The notes under the pieces: generated by a model
Databases searched by the model: none
What the model saw: only the letters and a program-made list of their open reading frames with translations
Told to the model about the DNA's origin: nothing
Shown: positions 38,190 to 47,859 of the stretch, piece after piece
Numbering within the stretch: position 1 is the stretch's first letter
How the letters are laid out: each line of letters opens with the position of its first letter
From: an uncultured bacterium
GTDB taxonomy: Bacteria > Bacteroidota > Bacteroidia > NS11-12g > UBA9320
NCBI GenBank assembly: GCA_963991985.1
Contig: CAXDRX010000006.1
Span: 7,499 to 71,498 of the forward strand
Length of the DNA: 64,000 bases
Direction: 5' to 3'
Program-made: the position numbers and the translations under genes

Positions 38190-38776
38190 GTTTTTAATCG
38201 GTCTGGATTGTTTTTTAGAAAATTAGACCAATTTTTTGTTTTGGTCTTGTCTAAAATTGAGGAGGATTGGAAATAATGACAAATAGCTACACCCAAGGCA
38301 TCTGAACTATCTAAAAATTCTGGTTTTTCCTTTATTTTCAGCAATCGCATCACCATTGTCTCTAATTGTTCTTTGCTAGCATTTCCATTGCCTGTGATTG
38401 ATTGCTTTACTTTTTTTGGTGCATATTCAAATATGGGTATTTGGTGTTGAATCGCAGCGGCTATTGCCAGTCCTTGAGCTCGCCCAAGTTTCAACATGCT
38501 TTGGATATTTTTACCGTAAAAAGGTGCTTCGAGCGCCATTTCATCCGGTAAAAATTTTCTGATGATTGCTTGGCAACTATTTAAAATCTCAGCGAGCTTT
38601 TCGCCATGTGTTTTTAATTTTCTCAAATCCATCACATCACTAGCGATATAGTATATTTCATTGCCTTTTGTTCCGATAAGTCCATAGCCCATTATATTTG
38701 TTCCAGGGTCAATCCCCAATATTATTTTGTCAAAATGGTCAATGTTTTTTTCGCTTGTCACCAATGAATAAATCAA
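38186..38776 (-). CDS. ruvC: Crossover junction endodeoxyribonuclease RuvC
   Basis: ILGIDPGTNIMGYGLI with the catalytic Asp, and the RuvC fold. It overlaps the priA stop convergently by 4 nt. Confidence 0.85.
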   Translation of the reverse strand: MIYSLVTSEKNIDHFDKIILGIDPGTNIMGYGLIGTKGNEIYYIASDVMDLRKLKTHGEKLAEILNSCQAIIRKFLPDEMALEAPFYGKNIQSMLKLGRAQGLAIAAAIQHQIPIFEYAPKKVKQSITGNGNASKEQLETMVMRLLKIKEKPEFLDSSDALGVAICHYFQSSSILDKTKTKNWSNFLKNNPDRLKT

Positions 38777-39732
38777 ATCTACGTTTTGATTTATTTGATC
38801 GTTACAAGAGTTATAAACATTTGGGACAATTTTTCTTGGCTTTGATTTCTATATTCTATTTTCTTTCACATTATGAAAATAGGCTTTTTTCCGCGCCTCT
38901 CTTCAAAATTGAAAAAATGAAAGAATGGATTTCAAATCCTTGGATTTTCCTTGTGATTTTTCTTTTTTTTTTAGGAATTCTGGTGGAATCTATTCGATGG
39001 AGAGCATTGGTACGGTCTTTAGAGCAAGTCACAACAGTCCGAGCAATTGCTGCCATTCTCATGGGTGCTTTTTATGGATCATTTATGCCCAATCGAGTCG
39101 GTGAGTTTGGTGGCCGACTCCTGGTTTTACAGTCAAAAAATCAAGCAAAATCCATACCCATCAATATGCTAGGAGGAACTATGAAATTTTTTGTAAACAT
39201 CCTATTTGGTTTGTTGGGTTTGATCATTGTTTTTCTCTACCACAGACATTTTTACTCTCATATTGAAAAAAGTTTGAGCATCGTTTTGATGATTGTGATT
39301 TTTGTGTGGCTTACTTATCGCTACCTCACTCATTCTAAACTATGGGATAAGCGTCTTTCTCAATTTTCTTATTTATCCGAAATTTCCAGAAAAACGATGG
39401 CCTTTGTTTTCTTATTGTCCATTGTTCGGTACCTTATTTTTACGAGTCAATTTCTCTTTCTTCTGAATATTTTTCACCTTCCACAAGCCTTTGAACATTG
39501 GTATTTGGTATTTGTATTTTACCTTTTCCAAACAGTCAATCCGGTCATGTCCATTTTCGATTTGGGACTACGGGGATTGATTGCTGAATCTGTTTTTGGT
39601 CCATTTCATCAAAATTTTGAGCCCATATTGCAATCCATAACCTTTTTGTGGATTTTGAATGTTATTTGTCCAGCCATTTTTGGAGCGGTAATTGCGCTCA
39701 TACGTCCGATTTTCAAAAAAAGCTTGCAATGA
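38764..39732 (+). CDS. Flippase-like / lysylphosphatidylglycerol-synthase-TM-region family membrane protein
   Basis: Polytopic membrane protein of about 8 TMs, coupled by an ATGA overlap to the downstream GT2. The start is uncertain: 38698, 38764 and 38917 are the candidate ATGs. It contains a T10 homopolymer at 38963-38972. Confidence 0.5.
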   Translation: MNKSNLRFDLFDRYKSYKHLGQFFLALISIFYFLSHYENRLFSAPLFKIEKMKEWISNPWIFLVIFLFFLGILVESIRWRALVRSLEQVTTVRAIAAILMGAFYGSFMPNRVGEFGGRLLVLQSKNQAKSIPINMLGGTMKFFVNILFGLLGLIIVFLYHRHFYSHIEKSLSIVLMIVIFVWLTYRYLTHSKLWDKRLSQFSYLSEISRKTMAFVFLLSIVRYLIFTSQFLFLLNIFHLPQAFEHWYLVFVFYLFQTVNPVMSIFDLGLRGLIAESVFGPFHQNFEPILQSITFLWILNVICPAIFGAVIALIRPIFKKSLQ

Positions 39733-40862
39733 TATTTTGGATAATAACAAACCTACTTTTTTCCCTTGGTTACTTATTGCTTTTTGCATGGTTTGGAAAA
39801 GGATGGAAAAATCTTTCTGAAACTAGGACAACTAGAAAGATTGCAAATCATAAGACATTTACTGTGCTTATTCCTGTCCGCAATGAAGAAGAACACATTG
39901 TGCGTCTTTTGCAGTCTATCAAGGATCAAAAATATCCCAAAGATAAATTTGAGGTCTTGCTGATCAATGATTCATCTGAAGATAATACCGAGGTTGTGGT
40001 TGCCAAATTCATCCGCAAAAACCCTGAGTTATCCCTTCAAATGTTTCATTTGCGCGATCAGGGCAAAACAGGAAAAAAAGAGGCCCTAAACTTTGGGGTA
40101 GAAAAGGCTCGTTTTTCTAATATAATAACTGTGGATGGTGACTGTTGTGTGCCTCCAAGATGGTTGCAAGCGTACCATCACAAATTACAAGAAAGAAAGC
40201 ATCATTTTGTTTCGGGTCCTATCGCTTACTTTGAATCGAACAACTTTTTTAAAAATTGTTTGGATATAGAATGTAAAGGATTGGTGACAATAGGTGGGGC
40301 ATCCATACAAAACAAAAAACCCAACCTTTGCAATGGAGCCAACCTGATGTTTACCAAAGAAGCCTTTTGTCGAGTGAATGGTTATCAAGGGAATCAACAT
40401 TTGGCCAGTGGAGACGATGAATTTTTGCTTCAAAAAATGGTTGCATTGGGCACCGAAGGCATTGGATTTTTACGCAACCCAGAAGCCATTGTAAAAACCC
40501 AAGCGCCCAAAAATTTCAAAGAATTTTACCACCAAAGAAAACGTTGGGTAAGCAAAAGCAGACACTACAATAACCCAAAGCTAACTTTACTTTTGAGTAT
40601 GCTATACCTTTATAATTTTTTTCTTGTCTTAAGCTTTTGTTTTTCTATGTCACAACCTATGCTTTTGATCATTGCCTTGTGCTTTTTATTCACCAAGGCC
40701 CTTATAGAGTATCGATACCTTTATCTATTGAATTTTTTTTCATTTCGCAGGCTTTTCCCAACAGTTCTCCTAGCGCAACCGTTTTATATTTTGTATGTTT
40801 TGGTGATCGGTATTTTAGGCAATTGGGGTACATTTGTATGGAAAGGGAGAGTGCGTAAATGA
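39729..40862 (+). CDS. Family 2 glycosyltransferase
   Basis: GT-A fold (VLIPVRNEE, a DxD-like LINDSSED, and a DGDC motif) with C-terminal TM helices. Confidence 0.8.
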   Translation: MIFWIITNLLFSLGYLLLFAWFGKGWKNLSETRTTRKIANHKTFTVLIPVRNEEEHIVRLLQSIKDQKYPKDKFEVLLINDSSEDNTEVVVAKFIRKNPELSLQMFHLRDQGKTGKKEALNFGVEKARFSNIITVDGDCCVPPRWLQAYHHKLQERKHHFVSGPIAYFESNNFFKNCLDIECKGLVTIGGASIQNKKPNLCNGANLMFTKEAFCRVNGYQGNQHLASGDDEFLLQKMVALGTEGIGFLRNPEAIVKTQAPKNFKEFYHQRKRWVSKSRHYNNPKLTLLLSMLYLYNFFLVLSFCFSMSQPMLLIIALCFLFTKALIEYRYLYLLNFFSFRRLFPTVLLAQPFYILYVLVIGILGNWGTFVWKGRVRK

Positions 40863-41116
40863 TCGAAATTGGTGCAGTAGAAAAATCAATACTGGGTGCC
40901 TTACTCTTCCCAGAACCTTTTTCTACATTGGTGGAAGAATGCGAGACTTTTGGCAATCCAAAATTTTTATGGTCTGTCCTTAAGGAGTTGATTCAGCATG
41001 GCTATGTAAAAGCCTTGCATAGGGATTCAAAATTGGAAGAATATGTGAGGGTAGACAATCCTAATGGCCAGCTGTTTCGCAGTACAGCCAAAGGTATTTC
41101 CATATTGGAGTACTAA
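40859..41116 (+). CDS. Hypothetical small protein (85 aa)
   Basis: Coupled by an ATGA overlap to the GT2 stop. I recognise no domain. Confidence 0.35.
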   Translation: MIEIGAVEKSILGALLFPEPFSTLVEECETFGNPKFLWSVLKELIQHGYVKALHRDSKLEEYVRVDNPNGQLFRSTAKGISILEY

Positions 41117-41787
41117 TCGTCATGGTTTAAATGAAATCCCAATCTTTTGGTGGTAGGACTGCCTTGTGCTGCATTGAAATGATTCTTTTGTGCTACTGTC
41201 ATATGTTCTACTTGTTGAATCGGTGGTACTTGTAAGTCAAAATCTAGGGAGTACAGCATACTTTGCTCAATAACTTTTTCAATGTTGATTGGATCTAAAA
41301 CATCTTTGGTAAGATTTTTAAACAAAAAATTCAACTGCCTTACTCCTTCGACATAAAAATGATTTTCGATATTTACGAAAAGTCTACCAATGATAAAACC
41401 CAAATCATTCGAACGGTTATACTTGAGACTATCGCTTAAAAAGTTATAAATATGAATCATACCAAAATATCCTCTGTCTTGGTTTTCTTTTACATAGTCC
41501 AATTGGTTTACAGCATGTTTATCATGAAAGGAAAAAACATTGGTATGCATCTGAAAAACAAGAGTATCCCCAGAAAATTTTAAAGAAAACTCAAAATCAC
41601 TATGATCCGCAAATTCAATTTCAACGTTTTTGTCCTTTTTGAGGACTTCAGGGGCCAATTCTTCGGCAATTTCCTTTGCTTTTTCTTTAAAGTTTTGGAA
41701 ATGAGCCAAGGTGTTTCTAAAAACTTTTTGTTTTAGGGTGGCTTTGGTATTTAAACCATACAGGATGTCACGCATATCGTTTTTCAT
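41113..41787 (-). CDS. Hypothetical protein (224 aa)
   Basis: Clean ORF divergent from gltA. I recognise no motif. Confidence 0.45.
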   Translation of the reverse strand: MKNDMRDILYGLNTKATLKQKVFRNTLAHFQNFKEKAKEIAEELAPEVLKKDKNVEIEFADHSDFEFSLKFSGDTLVFQMHTNVFSFHDKHAVNQLDYVKENQDRGYFGMIHIYNFLSDSLKYNRSNDLGFIIGRLFVNIENHFYVEGVRQLNFLFKNLTKDVLDPINIEKVIEQSMLYSLDFDLQVPPIQQVEHMTVAQKNHFNAAQGSPTTKRLGFHLNHDD

Positions 41788-41865
41788 TATTTTTATAAAT
41801 TTTAATTATGACAATTCAATTTTAATTTAGGGAACATTTCTTAATTTCCCCACGAATTTAATTTT

Positions 41866-43170
41866 ATGTCTATCGAACAAAGAAATAACAATATTGCCAC
41901 ATTGAGTATTGGCGAGGAAAAATTTGAAATTCCCTATGTCAAAGGAAGTGAAGAAGAAATAGGATTAGACATTAGTAAATTGCGTGGTCAGTCGGGAGCC
42001 ATTACCTTAGACATTGGATTTAAGAACACTGGTTCGACCACAAGTTCCATCACTTTTTTGGATGGCGAAAATGGAATTTTAAGACATAGAGGATACGCCA
42101 TCGAAGACCTAACAGAAAAGTGTTCCTTTTTGGAAGTAGCCTATCTTCTGATTTATGGAGATTTACCCGATCAAAAGGAGTTTGAAAGATTTGATACAGA
42201 AATTAGGCGACATACCTTGGTTCATGAAGACATCCAAAAAATTTTTAATGCTTATCCTACGGGTTCACATCCCATGGGACAAATCACCACCTTGGTTTCA
42301 AGTTTGTCATCTTTTTACCCACAATCTTTGAATCCAAATCGTTCCGAAGACGAAATTAACATGACCATCATTCGGTTGTTGGCAAAAATGATTACGCTCG
42401 CTTCAATGATTTACAAAAAATCCATAGGACATCCCATTGTTTATCCAAACAATAACTTGGATTATGTAAGCAACTTTTTGAATATGACCTTCAAAAAAGT
42501 TTCCGAGCCCTACGAAATAGATCCGATCATTGTAGACACCCTAAACAAATTGCTCATTCTTCATGCAGACCACGAACAAAATTGTTCCACCAGCACCGTG
42601 AGAATGGTGGGCAGTTCCCAAGCCAATTTGTATGCTTCCATTTCTGCAGGTGTTGTAGCCCTGTGGGGTCCATTGCACGGGGGTGCCAACCAAAAAGTAA
42701 TAGAAATGCTAGAAGCCATAAAGGAAGATGGTGGAAATGTTCAGAAATATATCAGCAAAGCAAAAGACAAAAATGATCCGTTCCGATTGATGGGTTTTGG
42801 TCATAGAGTCTATAAAAATTATGACCCAAGGGCCAAGATCATCAAATCAAATTGCGACCAAATTTTGGAAAAACTCGGTATAAATGATCCTGTCTTAGAT
42901 ATTGCCAAGAAATTAGAAAAAGCTGCCTTAGAAGATTCTTACTTTATAGACAGAAAGCTCTTCCCAAATATTGACTTTTACTCGGGAATTATCTACCGGG
43001 CCATTGGTTTCCCTTTGGATATGTTTACCGTGCTTTTTGCTTTGGGTAGGCTTCCCGGATGGATTGCTCAATGGAAGGAAATGCAATCTCAAAACCAGCC
43101 TATTAGTCGCCCAAGACAAATTTATACAGGGCCAAAAAAACGGTCTTTTGTAGAAATGTCAGCGAGATAA
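41866..43170 (+). CDS. gltA: Citrate synthase
   Basis: 434 aa with conserved citrate synthase blocks (GFGHRVYKNYDPRA, HADHEQNCSTSTVR). Confidence 0.95.
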   Translation: MSIEQRNNNIATLSIGEEKFEIPYVKGSEEEIGLDISKLRGQSGAITLDIGFKNTGSTTSSITFLDGENGILRHRGYAIEDLTEKCSFLEVAYLLIYGDLPDQKEFERFDTEIRRHTLVHEDIQKIFNAYPTGSHPMGQITTLVSSLSSFYPQSLNPNRSEDEINMTIIRLLAKMITLASMIYKKSIGHPIVYPNNNLDYVSNFLNMTFKKVSEPYEIDPIIVDTLNKLLILHADHEQNCSTSTVRMVGSSQANLYASISAGVVALWGPLHGGANQKVIEMLEAIKEDGGNVQKYISKAKDKNDPFRLMGFGHRVYKNYDPRAKIIKSNCDQILEKLGINDPVLDIAKKLEKAALEDSYFIDRKLFPNIDFYSGIIYRAIGFPLDMFTVLFALGRLPGWIAQWKEMQSQNQPISRPRQIYTGPKKRSFVEMSAR

Positions 43171-43977
43171 TTTTTCCGCAATTGTTACTTTTTCTAAATC
43201 AACTTCATGTCCAAAAAATAGTTTTGATTGGGCAATAAGAAAATCTGTCTTGTCTGTGCAAAAAAACTGATCTCTTTTTGTCTTTTCCTCCATGGGTTTT
43301 AATTTTAAGCTTTTTTGGAGATAACCAGCAACAATACTTGGAATATTCAAAACCTCGCAATTCGCTCCTAAAAGATGCTTAAATTCTTTCTCTAAAAGTG
43401 GGTAGTGGGTGCATCCCAAAATGCAGTATTCAAAATTTTTATTTTCCACAACCTTTAAATAATGGCCCACCAAGTCCATAGAAATAGAAGTGTTGGACAA
43501 ACCATCTTCGACCAGTGGTGCCAGCAATGGGGTTTCCAAAGCAAATAAATCAACATTCTTTGGCATTTTTTTTTGATAGACTCCACTTCGAATGGTCTTT
43601 CTAGTCCCTACCAACAAAGCTCGAGTAGTAATTCCTGAATTCAATCGGAAATAAGAAACAATGGGCTCAATGACATCTAGGATAGGAAATGGGTCCCCCA
43701 TTTTTTTCTTTACTTCATTTAGAACTGTACTTGCACTGTTGCAAGCCACCAATACCGCACCTACTTCTTTTTGAATGAAAAAATCAATAACACGGGATGT
43801 TAAGCGGATCAAAATTTCCTCGCTCTTATCTCCGTAAGGCATGTGTAGGGAATCCCCAAAATAAACGATTGGGTGGCCTGGCAGAAGTGACTTCACGGCA
43901 CTTGCAATGGCAAGTCCGCCAGCTCCTGAATCAAAAATTCCTATTGGTTTTTGAATGGATTTTGAGCGATTATTCAA
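43159..43977 (-). CDS. murI: Glutamate racemase
   Basis: IGIFDSGAGGL, and the CNSAS and GCTHYP catalytic Cys motifs. Confidence 0.9.
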   Translation of the reverse strand: MNNRSKSIQKPIGIFDSGAGGLAIASAVKSLLPGHPIVYFGDSLHMPYGDKSEEILIRLTSRVIDFFIQKEVGAVLVACNSASTVLNEVKKKMGDPFPILDVIEPIVSYFRLNSGITTRALLVGTRKTIRSGVYQKKMPKNVDLFALETPLLAPLVEDGLSNTSISMDLVGHYLKVVENKNFEYCILGCTHYPLLEKEFKHLLGANCEVLNIPSIVAGYLQKSLKLKPMEEKTKRDQFFCTDKTDFLIAQSKLFFGHEVDLEKVTIAEKLSR

Positions 43978-44488
43978 TGCCCAATTTTTGCTTTACTGCA
44001 AGCATTATGTCATCTTTGGGGGCAGAGTAAATAATGCCTGAACCTTCGGAGGTATCCACCACATAATCATAGCCTTTTTCTTTCGCAACAGCAATGATTG
44101 CCTCTTTTGACTTGTCAATAATTGGCGTCATTTTTTCCTGACGTTGCTGCATCAAATCATTTTGAGCATTTTGCTGCAGTTCCTGGTATCTTCCATACAT
44201 ATCCTCCAATTGTTTTTGCTTAATTTCCAATACAGATTTTGGTGAACTGGTATCTTGTTGCAAAGCAATTTGCATTTTTTGCATCTCGCTTTCCATTTGT
44301 TTTAAACTTTCTTGATATTTTGTTTGAAGAGCTACCATTTCTTCTTGAATTAATTTTAGGTCAGGGATTTGCTCCAACAGCTTGGTTGAATTGATGTTGG
44401 CAATCTTAGACTGTCCATTGGATGCAATAGCAGTAGCTATAAAAAAAAGGACAATTAGGTTTCGTGAAATTTTCATAATGATTTGCAA
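43970..44488 (-). CDS. OmpH/Skp-family periplasmic chaperone
   Basis: Signal peptide, a coiled-coil Gln/Glu-rich body, about 170 aa, sitting in the classic ompH-ompH-murI context. Confidence 0.8.
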   Translation of the reverse strand: MQIIMKISRNLIVLFFIATAIASNGQSKIANINSTKLLEQIPDLKLIQEEMVALQTKYQESLKQMESEMQKMQIALQQDTSSPKSVLEIKQKQLEDMYGRYQELQQNAQNDLMQQRQEKMTPIIDKSKEAIIAVAKEKGYDYVVDTSEGSGIIYSAPKDDIMLAVKQKLGIE

Positions 44489-44509
44489 AAATAAATATAA
44501 ACTGTAAAT

Positions 44510-45091
44510 CTACCTTAGATCGGGAGGCAAATTGGCGTCCCCGTTATTTGTTTCTCCTTGCTTTCCCTTTGTACTGGATGGTACCACTCCCAATTCATCC
44601 AATACTTCATCACTTTTATCAAATTTTGCATTGGTATAAAGCATACTCATTTGTCCTCCTTTGTCGAAAATAAAGTCTAAGGCATTGTCTTTGGCCACTT
44701 TTTGTATCGCGGTATAAATTTTGTCTTGAATTGGTTTAATCCTCTTTTCTTTTTCTTTAAATAATTCTCCTTCGAAACCAAAAATTTTGTTTTGATAGCT
44801 TTTGGTTTCCCTTTCCTTTGAAATGATTTGTTCTTCTCTTTTCTTTCTGTCGCTTGCCGTCAAAAGTGGTTTTTCGACTTGATAAGTTTTGTACATCTTC
44901 TCTATTTCCATGTATTTTGCTTCCACCTCTTTTTGCCATTGATCTGACATTTGATCAATTTCTTTTTGTGCCGAACGGTATTCTGGGATTTGATTTAATA
45001 AGTAGTCGGTATCCACAAAGGCAAACCTTTGAGCACTTGCTTGTTCTGCAACAAATAAAGTTAGGAAGAATGTTAAAAATAGATTTTTCAT
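44510..45091 (-). CDS. OmpH/Skp-family periplasmic chaperone (paralog)
   Basis: Signal peptide (AEQASAQ) and the FAFVDTDYLLNQIPEY Skp-like N-terminus. Confidence 0.8.
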   Translation of the reverse strand: MKNLFLTFFLTLFVAEQASAQRFAFVDTDYLLNQIPEYRSAQKEIDQMSDQWQKEVEAKYMEIEKMYKTYQVEKPLLTASDRKKREEQIISKERETKSYQNKIFGFEGELFKEKEKRIKPIQDKIYTAIQKVAKDNALDFIFDKGGQMSMLYTNAKFDKSDEVLDELGVVPSSTKGKQGETNNGDANLPPDLR

Positions 45092-45152
45092 ATTTTATTG
45101 TTTTCAAATATCATACCTTTTTTTTGAAGCTTAATTTTGTTGTTATAGGGTT

Positions 45153-46130
45153 TTGAATGTTTTAGAAGAAAATATATTTCTAGCAAGCAAAGAATCATTT
45201 GAATCTCTTGCATTGCAACTTTTTGATTACCAATCCAAACACAATAAAATTTATAAAAAGTACCTAGACCACTTAGCCATTGACCCGAAAACCATAAAGT
45301 TGGTGGCAGATATCCCTTTACTTCCGATAGAATTTTTTAAATCTTTTGAAATAAAAACGGAAAACTTTTCACCAGAGTTAACTTTCTTGAGCAGTGGAAC
45401 AAATGATATAGGTAGAAGCAAACACTTTGTAAAAAATGGAGGATTGTACGAAAAGAGCTTTTTGACTTGTTATGCACATTTTTTTGGACAAATAAGAGAT
45501 ACTTTGGTGATCGCTTTCTTGCCCAACTATCTGGAACAGGGCAACAGTTCGTTGGTATACATGACCAAAGAACTCATTAAAAGAAGCCAAAACAAAAACT
45601 CTGGTTTTTATGATTATAAAGAAAAAAATTGGTCGACCGTCATTCATGAGACTTCCAAAGAACAAAAAATTGTGATTTTGGGTGTAAGTTATGCTCTTTT
45701 GGATTTGGCAGAAAAATTTCCAATAAAATTACCTGAAAACACCATTTTGATGGAGACCGGTGGGATGAAGGGGAAACGAAAGGAAATGGTTAGAGAAGAA
45801 ATGCATCAAAAACTTAAAGAAGCATTTGGACTGCAAAGAATATATTCCGAATATGGCATGACGGAAATTCTCTCCCAGGCATATTCCTTCGGCAACGGCT
45901 TGTTCTCTTGTCCACCTTGGATGAAAGTAGTATGCAAAAATATTTACGATCCTTTGGGGGAGAATACGAATAAAAAGGGAAGATTAGGCATTATTGATTT
46001 GGCCAATGTGCACTCTTGTTGCTTTCTTCAGACCAACGACCTTGGGATCATTTACCCAAACGGTATGTTTGAAGTCTTGGGCAGAACTGACCATAGTGAC
46101 CTTAGAGGTTGTAATTTGATGTATACCTGA
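45153..46130 (+). CDS. LuxE/PaaK-like adenylate-forming acyl-protein synthetase family protein
   Basis: LSSGTNDIGRSKHFV resembles the SSGTTG-x-PK adenylation motif. 325 aa. The family call is tentative. Confidence 0.4.
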   Translation: MNVLEENIFLASKESFESLALQLFDYQSKHNKIYKKYLDHLAIDPKTIKLVADIPLLPIEFFKSFEIKTENFSPELTFLSSGTNDIGRSKHFVKNGGLYEKSFLTCYAHFFGQIRDTLVIAFLPNYLEQGNSSLVYMTKELIKRSQNKNSGFYDYKEKNWSTVIHETSKEQKIVILGVSYALLDLAEKFPIKLPENTILMETGGMKGKRKEMVREEMHQKLKEAFGLQRIYSEYGMTEILSQAYSFGNGLFSCPPWMKVVCKNIYDPLGENTNKKGRLGIIDLANVHSCCFLQTNDLGIIYPNGMFEVLGRTDHSDLRGCNLMYT

Positions 46131-46131
46131 T

Positions 46132-47778
46132 TTATTCTTTTCTCAATTCTTGTGCTTTGGCAATTGAAGTTGGCGTAATCTTCTCCCCGCTTAGCATTTC
46201 AGCCAAAACTTGGATTCTTTGGTTTTCATCCAGCTTATTGATGGTTGAATAAGTAGTTGAATTTTTGGCATATTTCGATACAAAAAAGTGCTCATCTGCT
46301 TTTCCAGCGACTTGCGGAAGATGTGTAATGGAGATGATTTGATGTTTTTTACCAAGAATTTCCATCATCATGGCCATTTTGTTTGCAATTTCTCCACCAA
46401 CTCCCGAATCTATTTCATCAAATATTAGGGTGGGAAGTTTTTTATATTGAGCAAGCTTGGATTTTAGTACCAACATCAATCGACTCCATTCTCCCCCAGA
46501 AGCAACATTTTTTATACTCTGCAGGCCTTGCCCTTTATTGGCAGAAAATAGGAATTGTATCTGATTTATTCCATTCGGTAAAAACGCTTCAACTTTACTT
46601 AGTTCAATTTTCAAAATTGTATCAGGCATGCCTAATTTTTTGAGCTCTTCAGCTACATATTCTTCCAATATGGGTATTGCATTTTTTCGGTTATTATTCA
46701 AAATATCCGCCAAATTCCCCATTTGTCCTTCCAACGCTTTGATTCTATTTTGAAGTGTGTTTATGTCTTCTTCTCCCAAATGATTTTTTTCCACGATGGA
46801 CGAAATTTCTTCCCACTTATCAATCAGCTCGGCAGAATTTCTAACTTGATGTTTCCTGAGCAATCCATTGAATGTGTCAAAGCGTTCGGTAAGTTCATGC
46901 TGAGATTCTATTAGGCTTACCGAATCAAAAATGTCTTGATAAGTATATTTCAAGTCATTCAGTTCATTCAATACCTGAGCCAAGCGTTGGTTGGCCATTC
47001 TCAAATCCTCAGAACTATCAATTTTTTCCAATGCATGCAAAATCGGTCCTAGTAAGGAAGAGATTCCATAAGCTTCGTGTTCAACAGCATTTTTGAATGC
47101 AGAAATTTGATTTTGGAGAATTTCTTTCTTTTCGAATTGTTTGATTGACTCCTCTAAATGATCATCGGCTGCGCTGGGTCGAAAATGTTCCAATTCCTCC
47201 AATAAAAAACTATGGTAAGAAAATTCTTTTTGCAATTCAATTTGTCTTTTTCGTTTTTCATCCAACTCCCCTTGCAATGCTTTTCTTTGACCGTATTTTT
47301 TTGAGTATTCTTTTTGGTTTTTTTGATTTTCAGCTATTTCATCCAAAAAAGCAAGTTGTTCGGCTGCATTTGACAATACACCGTTTTGATTTTGTGAATG
47401 AATATCTACCAACAGGGCACCCAATTCTTTCAATACTTGCAATGAAGCTGGAGTATCGTTTAAAAAAGCCCGGGATTTACCATTGGAATAAAGTTCCCGG
47501 CGTAAGATGCTATTTTGATCAAATTCTAAATCGTTTTTTTCAAAAAACTCAAAAACATCATGGTGTTTCAAGTCAACTTCCAATTCCAGAATACATTTGT
47601 TTGCTCCTGCTCTTATGGTTTTCGAATCGGCCCTATGCCCAAACACCAATTGCATACAGTTGAGAAGTATAGATTTTCCAGCCCCTGTCTCTCCAGTAAT
47701 TACATTAAAATGATTTCCAGGGAAAAAGTGCAAAGATTCAATGAGTGCATAATTCTCTATGTATAGGGACTTGATCAC
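46132..47778 (-). CDS. recN: DNA repair protein RecN
   Basis: N-terminal Walker A GETGAGKSILL, a long coiled coil, and a C-terminal SMC signature with Walker B (LIFDEIDSGVGG). Confidence 0.9.
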   Translation of the reverse strand: MIKSLYIENYALIESLHFFPGNHFNVITGETGAGKSILLNCMQLVFGHRADSKTIRAGANKCILELEVDLKHHDVFEFFEKNDLEFDQNSILRRELYSNGKSRAFLNDTPASLQVLKELGALLVDIHSQNQNGVLSNAAEQLAFLDEIAENQKNQKEYSKKYGQRKALQGELDEKRKRQIELQKEFSYHSFLLEELEHFRPSAADDHLEESIKQFEKKEILQNQISAFKNAVEHEAYGISSLLGPILHALEKIDSSEDLRMANQRLAQVLNELNDLKYTYQDIFDSVSLIESQHELTERFDTFNGLLRKHQVRNSAELIDKWEEISSIVEKNHLGEEDINTLQNRIKALEGQMGNLADILNNNRKNAIPILEEYVAEELKKLGMPDTILKIELSKVEAFLPNGINQIQFLFSANKGQGLQSIKNVASGGEWSRLMLVLKSKLAQYKKLPTLIFDEIDSGVGGEIANKMAMMMEILGKKHQIISITHLPQVAGKADEHFFVSKYAKNSTTYSTINKLDENQRIQVLAEMLSGEKITPTSIAKAQELRKE

Positions 47779-47847
47779 TATATGAACAAATTTAAATCAT
47801 TAAAAAAGTATGAGAAAGATTTTGTTTCAATCCAAGACTGAAATGTG

Positions 47848-47855
47848 TAAGTTTG
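47848..47855 (+). promoter_or_regulatory. -7 promoter element (TAagTTTG) upstream of surE
   Basis: Matches TAnnTTTG. Its G lies 5 nt before the surE ATG, so the mRNA would be essentially leaderless. Confidence 0.4.
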
Positions 47856-47859
47856 AGCC

